Origin: Promethearchaeota archaeon
Lineage (GTDB): Archaea > Asgardarchaeota > Lokiarchaeia > Sigyniarchaeales > SOKP01
Direction of reading: 5' to 3'
DNA: 64,000 nucleotides
Assembly (NCBI GenBank): GCA_019058245.1
Contig: JAHPZJ010000015.1
Location: forward strand, 1-64,000
Part shown: piece by piece, positions 1 through 9,249 of the stretch
How the letters are laid out: the number at the start of each line of letters is the position of its first letter
How positions within the stretch are numbered: position 1 is the first letter of the stretch
Position numbers and translations under genes: made by a program
Notes under the pieces: model-generated
Seen by the model: the letters and a program-made list of their open reading frames with translations, nothing else
Databases searched by the model: none
Told to the model about the DNA's origin: nothing

Positions 1-367
1 CTAATTCTGAAGCCATATTAGATACTTGAATTGAAGTATCTGTTGATTTTTGAATTACACTTTTTAGAGATTTATATACAATATCTATTGTTTTTACAGT
101 ATACATCACAATTAGAATTACTACAATAATGCCAATACTCATCAATATCATTCCTAAGATTAAAGAATTATTAACAAATGTTGTTTGTAATATTGAAAGA
201 ACAACCATTATCATAATGTCTGCAGATATAAGAACAGCTACTTTAAAATATAGCCTTTTTACATTTCTACCATATATTAGGTAAAAAATTAATACAAACA
301 GCAAAAAGACAAATGGAAGCCAAAAAATAAAGTATTGAATAGGTTCAATATACATTATATTTGCCAT
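1..367 (-). CDS. Membrane protein, probable methyl-accepting chemotaxis-like protein (N-terminal part; runs off the window)
   Basis: Not in the ORF track. ATG at 367 reads MANIMYIEPIQYFIFWLPF..., with about 3 hydrophobic segments, then ...STDTSIQVSNMASEL, which resembles the start of an MCP signalling helix. Frame is open to position 1. Confidence 0.55.
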   Translation of the reverse strand, partial: MANIMYIEPIQYFIFWLPFVFLLFVLIFYLIYGRNVKRLYFKVAVLISADIMIMVVLSILQTTFVNNSLILGMILMSIGIIVVILIVMYTVKTIDIVYKSLKSVIQKSTDTSIQVSNMASEL

Positions 368-640
368 GTAATCACATCTTTATTATTAATTGATTAGAAG
401 CATTAATGATTTTCTATTAAAAAAGTTAATAGTATTTTTTCTATTTAAATGTTTTATTAAAAAAAATACTCTTTTTTATTACTTTTCATATTCTTATACT
501 TCGAAAATATGATTCATATCAATAAGCTTATATAGGTTTTTACAATAATTTGGTTTAATTAGATAAATAATTAAACAAATAAACATTTATTTTTTTTAAC
601 CGTTACCAAGGAAAAATAACATTACTGGGAAAAACATTTT

Positions 641-2275
641 ATGCTTTCAGACGACTACTTATTTTCTGACATCGGAATTGATTCAATTGGATTTTACGCA
701 CCTAGGCATTTTGTAGCTTTAAAAGACCTTGCTTTGAAAAGAAGTGTAGATCCTGCAAAGTATTCTCAAGGACTTTTATCTAAAGAAATGCGAGTTGCTG
801 AAGTTGATGAAGATATTATTTCTTTAGGATTAAAGGCAGGATATAATGCACTATTAAGAGGGCGTATTTCACCTAAGAGTATAGATGCGTTATTTGTAGG
901 TACAGAAACAGAGGTATATGCAGCAAAATCAATTTCAAACATTTTTGCACAGATGTTAGAAATATCGCCAAATGCATTAACCCAAGATGTCTATAATGCA
1001 TGTGCTGGAGGAACTTTAGCAATTTTAAATGCTATTGCGATGATTGAAAAGGAAATCATTAATAAAGCTCTTGTTATAAGTGCAGATATTTCTTCTTATC
1101 ATTTAGGATCTCCTGGAGAGCCTACTCAGGGCTCAGGAGCAGTAGGAATTGTTATTTCAAAAGATCCCCGTGTGGCTACATTTTCTAAACGATTTGGAAA
1201 AGTATCTGGTAATGTTAACGATTTCTTTAGACCTCCAAATGACAAAAACGCAAGCGCATTTGGAAAATATTCTCAAAACACTTATATAGATTTTCAATTA
1301 AAAGCATATGATGATTTACTTAATAATGCGGGTGATTTTCATGCTGATTTTTATACATTTCATGCGCCCTATTCAAAATTACCGTTAAAAATAATGCAAC
1401 AAATCATTTTAAAACGATGGACAAAACACATAAGCGATTTACCTAAATTTGAAAAAGATAAAATAAAAATATCAATTCTCAAGAAACTTGATTCATTCTT
1501 ACATGATGTTACTGTATTACCAGAATATTTATATCTAAAATTGAATGAAAGAGGTTATTCTTCTTCAACACTAGAACAACTTTCAAGTTGGATAAATACC
1601 AATATTAAAGCAAGAGTTCTTCCCCAATTAAGAGTACCAATACATTTTGGTAATATGTATAATGCCAGTATCTGGGCACAAATCATTTTTCTTCTTGAGA
1701 ATTATGCTCGTGTGAGTGATACGTTATATTTTGGTTCTTATGGTTCAGGAGCGACCTGTATTTCTGGACTTTTAAAAGTTCAAGAGACATTTAATGAAAT
1801 AGTCCAGAAGGGACCTTTTATAAATGATTTTATCCATTTAAAGAGAAAGCAATCAGTATTAGAATATGAGCTAATAAAAAATGGCGATGTAAAACCTATC
1901 GTTTTATTAGGGCGTATTAGGGAGCATGAACAAAACGATGATAGAGGCTTTACACTCCATTTTTGCGATGAAGGTTGTATTATACCAAGCATAAAGGGAT
2001 TAGATCATTGTCCTAAAGGTCATACTGGATATCATGAAAGATTTTTCCCGCTTTTTGCGAAATTGACATCTGACCCTATTGCTCATAATAATATAACAGA
2101 TTTAAGGTATCTAAATAAAGGATTAGTAAGAGTAGCAAGCAATGTAAATAAGGGGAATTCTTTAGAATATGAAATTAGGAGAGTTGAATCGGAATATGAG
2201 GAAAATGTCAATGCAAGAGGTCTTTTAACTTGGACACCTTTCTATATTAATCTCCCAAATCATCACGTTTATTGA
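641..2275 (+). CDS. mvaS: Hydroxymethylglutaryl-CoA synthase with C-terminal DUF35-like (Zn-ribbon/OB) extension
   Basis: GIDSIGFYAP, VGTETE, catalytic NACAGG, GEPTQGSGA, FHAPY, FGNMYNAS and SYGSG motifs; extra ~120-aa C-terminus containing FCDEGC..HCPKGH. Confidence 0.9.
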   Translation: MLSDDYLFSDIGIDSIGFYAPRHFVALKDLALKRSVDPAKYSQGLLSKEMRVAEVDEDIISLGLKAGYNALLRGRISPKSIDALFVGTETEVYAAKSISNIFAQMLEISPNALTQDVYNACAGGTLAILNAIAMIEKEIINKALVISADISSYHLGSPGEPTQGSGAVGIVISKDPRVATFSKRFGKVSGNVNDFFRPPNDKNASAFGKYSQNTYIDFQLKAYDDLLNNAGDFHADFYTFHAPYSKLPLKIMQQIILKRWTKHISDLPKFEKDKIKISILKKLDSFLHDVTVLPEYLYLKLNERGYSSSTLEQLSSWINTNIKARVLPQLRVPIHFGNMYNASIWAQIIFLLENYARVSDTLYFGSYGSGATCISGLLKVQETFNEIVQKGPFINDFIHLKRKQSVLEYELIKNGDVKPIVLLGRIREHEQNDDRGFTLHFCDEGCIIPSIKGLDHCPKGHTGYHERFFPLFAKLTSDPIAHNNITDLRYLNKGLVRVASNVNKGNSLEYEIRRVESEYEENVNARGLLTWTPFYINLPNHHVY

Positions 2276-2457
2276 TTTTTTACTCTAAAAGTGGATTTTC
2301 ATTTAAAAACTTAAAATTCTCTTAGATATTATTTTATAAAAATCGCATATTAACTTCTATACTCAAAATAAATAGATACTAATAAAATAAAATAGGATGT
2401 AGATAAACTTTTTAATTTTTAGAAAAATGAATTAAATAATTCATACAATTATAAATC

Positions 2458-3669
2458 ATGATGGAGAAACCAATATCATATACTCTAAAGATCAAATTAA
2501 AAGAAGATTACAATGAAATTTTACAGTATTTGTTAGATAGAGATTATATTATACAAAATCTTCCTTCTGATTTATCTGCCAAGAAAAATCATGGTGAAAC
2601 CTATACTTTAGCATATCCAATTCAAGGTATATTAAAATATCATGGAATCGCAAATGAAGAACACCGAATTTCTTATTTTCCAAGTATTTCTTTAAATAAT
2701 GATTGTTCATATACAATTACATATTTAAAATTTGATAAAAATTTAAAAGAAGATCTAGCTTTTATAAATGGAAAACCAACTTTTGGGGAAGTTCTTGAAA
2801 GAATTAAATTCTCTTTAAATAAAATTCGTAGATATTCTAAAATAAAGACTAAAGCAATTCTAATATCTCGAAACTTTCTGAATACCAGTAAAGAAGGTCC
2901 AATGGGTAAAGGACTTGGAACTTCAGCTTCAGGTTCATCTGCTTTAGCTTTAGCAGCTATATCTATCTTATACAATAATGATCCCCTTTTTTTAGAAAAC
3001 AAACGATTATTAAGTATTTATTCTCGATATTTGTCAGGTTCTGGTTGTCGTAGTGCTTCGGGAGGATTTGCTTTATGGTTGAGTTATCCTGACATTAATT
3101 CACTCGATAGTTTCGCGATTAGATTAGATAGAAAAGAACATCGTGATTTTATTAAGAGTATTTCCCTTATTACGATCCCAATACCATCTGATTTAAGAAC
3201 TATTCAAGTTCATAAAATTGCACCAAAATCTCCTTTTTTTACAGCATGGTTAGAACAAAGAAAAAAATTAGTATTTGAATTTTTTGAAGCGCTAGATAAA
3301 CACGATTTAAATAGAATAGGAGAATTAGCAGAATATGATACTATGTGTTTACATTCAGTTACAATGACAGCACAAAATAAAGATAATATAATTGCTTGGG
3401 AGCCTGATACAGTAAAAATCATGCAGAAGATCCAAGAATTACGAATGAAGGATTCCTATAATGTGTATTATTCAATTGATACCGGTCCATCTTTAGTTTT
3501 ATTAACTCTAGAAAACGAAAAAAAAGAAATAATTAATGAATTAAAATCCTTTATTCCAAAATATGATTTCATTGAGGGAAAAATAGGAGGATCTCCTATG
3601 ATAGTTAGCCCAAATTCATTAGAAGCAAAAAAATTAAAATCAGATTTAGAAAAGTTTAATAGTTTTTAG
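2458..3669 (+). CDS. mvaD: GHMP-family mevalonate-phosphate decarboxylase, haloarchaeal phosphomevalonate decarboxylase-like
   Basis: AYPIQGILKYHG (PMD-type signature), GLGTSASG, SGSGCRS and SIDTGPS motifs; located in the MVA cluster. Confidence 0.8.
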   Translation: MMEKPISYTLKIKLKEDYNEILQYLLDRDYIIQNLPSDLSAKKNHGETYTLAYPIQGILKYHGIANEEHRISYFPSISLNNDCSYTITYLKFDKNLKEDLAFINGKPTFGEVLERIKFSLNKIRRYSKIKTKAILISRNFLNTSKEGPMGKGLGTSASGSSALALAAISILYNNDPLFLENKRLLSIYSRYLSGSGCRSASGGFALWLSYPDINSLDSFAIRLDRKEHRDFIKSISLITIPIPSDLRTIQVHKIAPKSPFFTAWLEQRKKLVFEFFEALDKHDLNRIGELAEYDTMCLHSVTMTAQNKDNIIAWEPDTVKIMQKIQELRMKDSYNVYYSIDTGPSLVLLTLENEKKEIINELKSFIPKYDFIEGKIGGSPMIVSPNSLEAKKLKSDLEKFNSF

Positions 3670-3685
3670 AAGAGTGGTTTAAATT

Positions 3686-4966
3686 ATGGAAGAATTCCGT
3701 TCAGATATTTCCGGTTTTTATAAATTATCATTTGAAGAACGTCAGCAAACTATCTCAAAAATTGTAAATCTAACTCACGATGAAATTAAGATTTTACAAA
3801 ATTTAGGATATTTTACGTCTAGTCAAATTACTAATTTCATTGAAAATGTTGTTGGGAGTTACCAATTACCATTTGGTTTAGCTTTCAACTTTAAAATCAA
3901 TAATAAAGATTATATTATACCCATGGTTATTGAAGAACCTTCAGTTGTAGCTGCTGCATCAAATGCAGCGAAATTCGCTAGAAAGCATGGAGGATTTCAA
4001 TCAGAAGAAGTGAAATCTGTAATGATTTCACAAATTCAAATAACTAATTTGCATGAAATTAATATCGCAAAAAAAGAAATTATTGATAATAAAGATCAAA
4101 TTTTACAAATTGCCAATGAACAGGATCCGTTTCTGAATGAATTAGGTGGTGGTGCAATTGACCTTGAAATTAGAGAATTGGATACTCGTAAGGGAAAAAT
4201 GTTGATTTTACATCTATTAGTTGATGTCTTGGATGCTATGGGTGCTAATGTTGTAAATACAATGGCTGAGGCGGTTACTCCCTTTATTGAAGAACTTACT
4301 AATGGAAAAATCTATCTTCGGATAGTATCAAACCTAGCTTCACACAGAATTGCAAAAAGTAAGGCTACTTTCGATCAAGATTTATTAGGTGGAGAAAAAG
4401 TTGTTGAAGGCATAATGAATGCATTTGAGTTTGCGGTAGCAGATCCTTTCAGGGCAACAACTCATAATAAAGGTATTATGAATGGAGTTATAGCATTAAC
4501 ATTAGCCACGGGAAATGATACACGTGCTATTGAAGCGGGAGCTCATGCTTATGCATCATTGAAGGGAAATTATTCACCATTAACTACCTTTGGAGTTGAT
4601 TCAGAAGGTAATTTAGTTGGGGAGATAGAAATTCCACTTGCTCTTGGTATTATTGGAGGGATGACTAAAATTCACCCTATGGCCCAGTTAGCTTTAAAAA
4701 TTTTAAATGTTAAAAGTGCTAATGAACTCTCTCAGGTTGGTGCGGCTCTTGGATTAGCCCAGAATGTTGCCGCATTAAGAGCTTTAGCGTCAGAAGGTAT
4801 CCAAGAAGGACATATGAAACTTCATGCTCGTAATATAGCAAAAGCAGCAGGTGCTTCTGATAAGTTGATTGAAGAAGTTGCAAAAAAGATGATAAAAGAT
4901 AAAAAAATTAGAATTGATTATGCAAAAGAAATTTTAAAAAAAATAAGCGACAATAAAAACCTTTAG
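3686..4966 (+). CDS. mvaA: HMG-CoA reductase, class II
   Basis: ENVVG, EEPSVVAA, DAMGAN, THNKGIMNG, GNDTRA and GHMKLH motifs. Confidence 0.95.
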   Translation: MEEFRSDISGFYKLSFEERQQTISKIVNLTHDEIKILQNLGYFTSSQITNFIENVVGSYQLPFGLAFNFKINNKDYIIPMVIEEPSVVAAASNAAKFARKHGGFQSEEVKSVMISQIQITNLHEINIAKKEIIDNKDQILQIANEQDPFLNELGGGAIDLEIRELDTRKGKMLILHLLVDVLDAMGANVVNTMAEAVTPFIEELTNGKIYLRIVSNLASHRIAKSKATFDQDLLGGEKVVEGIMNAFEFAVADPFRATTHNKGIMNGVIALTLATGNDTRAIEAGAHAYASLKGNYSPLTTFGVDSEGNLVGEIEIPLALGIIGGMTKIHPMAQLALKILNVKSANELSQVGAALGLAQNVAALRALASEGIQEGHMKLHARNIAKAAGASDKLIEEVAKKMIKDKKIRIDYAKEILKKISDNKNL

Positions 4967-5047
4967 TTTTATAATAAGTGGTTCTGTAACTCCTCTAAGA
5001 AAAACAACAATTGAAATTTATGTTATCAAGATAAAAATTAATAAGAG

Positions 5048-6358
5048 ATGAAAATTATGACATTTAGAGAATATATAAATCAGATTGAAAAGGAAGGAAA
5101 ACTCCGAAAGGTAGATATGGCAGTTTCTAAAAAATTAGAGATTTCTGGAATTTTGAAAGAAATTGAACCGACCCCAATATTATTTAATAATGTGAAAGAA
5201 TCAGATTTTCGAGTTGCTGGTAATGTCTTTTGTACAAAAGATGCAATTGCTACTTATTTTGGTATTAACCCTGCAGAAATTATACCGCTGCTTTCAAAAG
5301 CCATTAAAAATCATTCTGAACCAGAAGTAATTTCTAAGGCACCTTGTCAAGAGATTATCGAATCTAACATAGATTTAGATAAAATTCCTATATTATATCA
5401 TTGTGAAAGAGATGGAGGAAACTATATTAGTTCTGCGATAGTAGTCACAAGAGATCCAGACTATGGTCAAAATTTAGATTTTCACAGAGCAATGCAATTT
5501 TCAAAAAATAAATTCTCCGTTCGTGTAGTAAAGGGACGTCATTTTGATAAATTTTTAGAAAAAAATGGAGAATTAGACGTAGCTTTTTGTATAGGAAATA
5601 CGCCTAATATCTTAATCGCTGGAGCAACATCAGTAGAGATTGGTCTTAATGAATTACATATTGCCAATGCATTAGAACAAATTAAAGTAGTAAAAGCTAA
5701 TTCAGTCGATCTTTTAATACCTGCTGATGCAGAGTTTGTTCTAGAAGGGCGTATATATTTGGAGGATAAACATTCAGAGGGTCCTTTTGTTGATCTCACT
5801 GAAACATATGATACAATACGAGAAGAACCTATTTTTGAAGTAAAAAGAATTACTCATAGAAAGGATGCAATTTGGCAGGCGCTCCTCCCAGGTGCTCTTG
5901 AACATAAGATTTTGATGGGTATGCCTAGAGAACCTACTATTTTTAACAAAGTGAATGAACAGGGAGTTAAATGTTTGGATGTAAACATTAGTCCTGGTGG
6001 ATCTTCTTGGTTACATGCAATAGTACAAATTGATAAAAAATCAGAAGAAGATGGAAGAAAAGCAATAGAAGGAACCTTAGCTGGACATACAAGTTGTAAA
6101 CATGTTTTTATTGTAGATAAAGATATTAATATATATAATCCATTATCTGTTGAGTGGGCAATGGCAACTCGTTTTCAAGGAGATTCAAGAATGATTATTA
6201 AGGATAAGGAACCTGGGAGTAGTTTAGATCCTAGTGCTGAACCTGGAACAAAAATGACAACGAAAATTGGGTTTGATTTAACCAAACCACTTGTAGTCAA
6301 GGGAAAAAGTTTTGAAATTGCTGAATTTCCCAAAGTTGATATCAATAAATACTTTTAA
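5048..6358 (+). CDS. ubiD: UbiD-family decarboxylase, probable trans-anhydromevalonate phosphate decarboxylase (AMPD)
   Basis: DGGNYISS, AEFVLEG, EGPFVD, VEWAMATRFQ and SSLDPS motifs; adjacent to the AcnX subunit genes. Confidence 0.85.
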   Translation: MKIMTFREYINQIEKEGKLRKVDMAVSKKLEISGILKEIEPTPILFNNVKESDFRVAGNVFCTKDAIATYFGINPAEIIPLLSKAIKNHSEPEVISKAPCQEIIESNIDLDKIPILYHCERDGGNYISSAIVVTRDPDYGQNLDFHRAMQFSKNKFSVRVVKGRHFDKFLEKNGELDVAFCIGNTPNILIAGATSVEIGLNELHIANALEQIKVVKANSVDLLIPADAEFVLEGRIYLEDKHSEGPFVDLTETYDTIREEPIFEVKRITHRKDAIWQALLPGALEHKILMGMPREPTIFNKVNEQGVKCLDVNISPGGSSWLHAIVQIDKKSEEDGRKAIEGTLAGHTSCKHVFIVDKDINIYNPLSVEWAMATRFQGDSRMIIKDKEPGSSLDPSAEPGTKMTTKIGFDLTKPLVVKGKSFEIAEFPKVDINKYF

Positions 6359-6374
6359 GTGGAGGAAAGAAAAA

Positions 6375-7568
6375 ATGAAATTGACATTAGAAGAACAAGA
6401 TATGTTAGATGGTAAGTATGGAAATGCTACTCAGAAATCAGTGGAAATATTAATCACATTAGGAGATATATTTGATGCTGATGGTATGGTTGACGTGCAT
6501 GGAGTTCAAATAGCTGGAGTTTCATATGCTAATTTAGGAGAAGCTGGTTTGGAATTCTTAAGTGAAATGGCAGAGGATGGTAAAGTTAGAGTCTTAACAA
6601 CTTTGAATCCTGCAGGAATGGATCGAGAAAATTGGCAAGCTTTAGGGATTGATGAAGAATTTGCTAAAAATCAGAATCGAGCTATTGATGCCTTTGCAAA
6701 AATGGGTATAATTACTACTTGCTCTTGTACCCCTTATTTAATTGGGAATTCTCCACATTATGGGCAACATATTGCTTGGGCAGAAAGTAGTGCTGTTTGT
6801 TATGCTAATTCTGTTATTGGAGCTCGAACCAATCGTGAAGGAGGACCAAGTGCTTTAGCATCAGCTATTACTGGAAAAACACCAAAATATGGATATCACC
6901 TGGATGAGAATCGTCATGGGGAAGTTTTGGTAAAAGTAAATGCTGCAGTTAATGGTACAGATGAATTTGGAGTTTTGGGGAAAATAATTGGTGATAAATT
7001 GGTAGAATTAGGAAAGAAAATACCATATATTGAGGGTATACCTGAAGCAACAATTGAAGAACTCAAATCATTTTGTGCGTCTGTTGCAACATATGGCGGA
7101 ACAGCATTATTCCATATGGAGGGAATCACACCAGAATATAATAAATATCCTAAACCAGTTGATATTTCATTTGAAATTAGTCAAAGCGACCTTAATAAAA
7201 CTCGTTCTGAACTTATTGATGACGATCTTGAGATAGACTTTGTAAGTATAGGTTGCCCGCATGCTTCAATTTATGAGATTGAAAGAATTGCTAGTCTTTT
7301 AAAAGGAAAGAAAGTAAAGAAAGAATTTTGGATTACTACTGCCCGTCCCACAAAAAGAATCGCTGACGAAGCTGGATATTCAAAAATAATTGAGGAAGCA
7401 GGAGCGAAATTTGCAGCAGATACGTGTTGCGTCGTTGCTCCAATTAAGGGTCGTTTTAAAGGCATAATGGTAGACTCAGCGAAAGCATGTTATTATGGAC
7501 GCGCAAAAAATCAATTTAAAGTAAAAATTGGTCCAATTAAGGAATGTGTGGAGGAGGCTATAAAATGA
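6375..7568 (+). CDS. Aconitase X catalytic (large) subunit, probable phosphomevalonate dehydratase
   Basis: TCSCTPY, AWAESSA, NSVIGARTNREGGPSAL, IGCPHAS and DTCCVV motifs. Start moved to ATG 6375, which follows GGAGG. Confidence 0.88.
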   Translation: MKLTLEEQDMLDGKYGNATQKSVEILITLGDIFDADGMVDVHGVQIAGVSYANLGEAGLEFLSEMAEDGKVRVLTTLNPAGMDRENWQALGIDEEFAKNQNRAIDAFAKMGIITTCSCTPYLIGNSPHYGQHIAWAESSAVCYANSVIGARTNREGGPSALASAITGKTPKYGYHLDENRHGEVLVKVNAAVNGTDEFGVLGKIIGDKLVELGKKIPYIEGIPEATIEELKSFCASVATYGGTALFHMEGITPEYNKYPKPVDISFEISQSDLNKTRSELIDDDLEIDFVSIGCPHASIYEIERIASLLKGKKVKKEFWITTARPTKRIADEAGYSKIIEEAGAKFAADTCCVVAPIKGRFKGIMVDSAKACYYGRAKNQFKVKIGPIKECVEEAIK

Positions 7569-7957
7569 AGTTAGAAGGTAGAAAAATTTATAAAGGTACT
7601 GCTGAAGCAGAAGCCATAGTCACTAAAGATGGAATCTCTTTCTATGGTGGTGTTGATCCTGATACGGGAAAAGTAGTTGAAGTTGGACATGAACTTGAAG
7701 GTCAATCAATAGCAGGAAAAGTGTTTGTTTTTCCTACTGGCAAAGGATCAACAGTAGGATCATATACTATGTATAGGATGAAGAAGAATAATCTGGCTCC
7801 AGCAGCAATTGTTAATAAACAAATTGATACTATCATAGCCGTAGGTTGTATTATCAGCGAGATTCCTTGTGTGGATCAAATTAATACTAATGAAATAAAG
7901 ACTGGACAAAGACTTATTGTTAATGGTACAGAAGGAACAATAGAAATAATAGACTAG
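7565..7957 (+). CDS. Aconitase X swivel (small, DUF126) subunit, phosphomevalonate dehydratase
   Basis: ISFYGGVDPDTG and GKGSTVGSY motifs. ATG 7565 follows GGAGG and lies at the 3' end of the large-subunit gene. Confidence 0.88.
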   Translation: MKLEGRKIYKGTAEAEAIVTKDGISFYGGVDPDTGKVVEVGHELEGQSIAGKVFVFPTGKGSTVGSYTMYRMKKNNLAPAAIVNKQIDTIIAVGCIISEIPCVDQINTNEIKTGQRLIVNGTEGTIEIID

Positions 7958-8260
7958 TCTAATTTTGATATTAATGAAAGGTTCAGCAATAACTCATTCA
8001 AAGATAACGTTAATAAAATATTGGGGTCATTGGAATGAGGTATCCCCTGAACTAAATATACCTTTAAATGATAGTGTAAGTATAATGAAATATTGGTTTT
8101 CATAAAATTCTCAATTAAAATTCTATATTACAATTGAATTTTTTTTACTTCTTCTCCAACTTTTTAAATAAAGTAAAAAATTATCAAAATAAGTTATAGA
8201 ATAAGAAACTTAAAAAATTTGAATATTTACAAATTTTATTATATTACACGAGTATAATTG

Positions 8261-9236
8261 GTGAAAAATTTGGGTATTGGAAAAGGATACGGAAAGACCA
8301 TACTTTTTGGCGAAATTTAATTCTTAATTAAAGATTAAACGCAATCATTTTGTAGTTTATGGTCTTCCTGCAATAGCATCAGCATTAGGATCTTTTACGA
8401 CTGCGGAAGTTAACATAGTTGAGGGTAATGATTGGGATGTTAATGATAAAAGATTAGCAACACCCAGTTATAAAAAACAAAAATACAATGAGGCAATGGA
8501 ATCAATTAAAAATGTTATTAACTTTTTAAAAATTGATACAGACAAGCAAAAACTTGAGATAACGTTTGCAGGTGATTTAATTGCCGCTAGTGGTGTGGGT
8601 GCTTCAGCAGCTCAATGTACATCACTTTCTCGTGCATTAAATGATACATTTAATCTTAATTTAAATGATGAGAGAATTAATGAAGCTGCTTATGAAGGAG
8701 AGAAAGCTTATCATGGTACACCCTCAGGAATTGACAATACAGCTTCAACTTATGGGGGATTAATTTGGTTTGTTAAAAACCTATCTGGCGGTAAAAATAC
8801 TATGGAACTATTGCAATCACCAAAGAAGATGCCTTTAGTAATTTTAAACACAGGAATAACAGCGTCAACAACAGAAGTTGTAGCTGATGTTAGACGATTA
8901 AAAGAGGAATCTCCAGAAAAATTTGAAAAGATTTTCAACCAATATGAAAATTTAATAATAGAGGCAAAAAAAGCTTTACTTGAGGGAAATATAGTCAAGA
9001 CGGGTGAATTAATGAATCAAAATCATAAATTATTACAAGATATATCAGTTTCTGGAGAAATTAACGAAAAATTAGTCAAAATTGCCCTTCAAAATGGTGC
9101 CATAGGTGCTAAAATGACTGGAACGGGAAGAGGAGGATTAGTAATTGCTTTGGCTGAAACTAATAAAATACAAGATAAAATTGCCAAGGCTGCTGAAAAA
9201 GAAGGATATGATGCCTGGAAAACCATGATAGGATGA
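8261..9236 (+). CDS. mvk: Mevalonate kinase, split gene: join(8261..8314,8346..9236), 314 aa if spliced
   Basis: GTG 8261 gives MKNLGIGKGYGKTILFGE. From 8346, HFVVYGLPAIASALG... is in frame with the 8496 ORF (SGVGASAA, HGTPSGIDN, GAKMTGTGRGG). The ORF track shows only the 3' 246 aa. Confidence 0.9.
8315..8345 (+). other. Putative 31-nt bulge-helix-bulge-type intron in the mvk mRNA
   Basis: ATTTAATTCTTAATTAAAGATTAAACGCAAT interrupts GE|H. Central helix GGCG 8309-12/CGCA 8340-43; 3-nt bulges AA^A and AT^C; internal hairpin TTTAAT/ATTAAA; exon-exon stem AAGACCATA/TATGGTCTT. Confidence 0.75.
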
Positions 9237-9249
9237 GTGCGAGGAAAAA

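Noticed and set aside
7954-8103. 49-aa minus-strand ORF and a GGGG...CCCC hairpin in the gap before mvk
   Set aside because: No recognisable motif; could arise by chance; no support for an ncRNA or SECIS call.
8496-9236. 246-aa mevalonate kinase as given in the ORF track
   Set aside because: It lacks the essential N-terminal GKxILFGEH motif, which is present upstream in two pieces.
8261-9236. mvk as a simple pseudogene or programmed frameshift
   Set aside because: The rest of the gene is intact, the extra 31 nt contain stops and no slippery site, there is no target-site duplication, and the boundaries coincide with BHB cut sites. Disfavoured, though not formally excluded.
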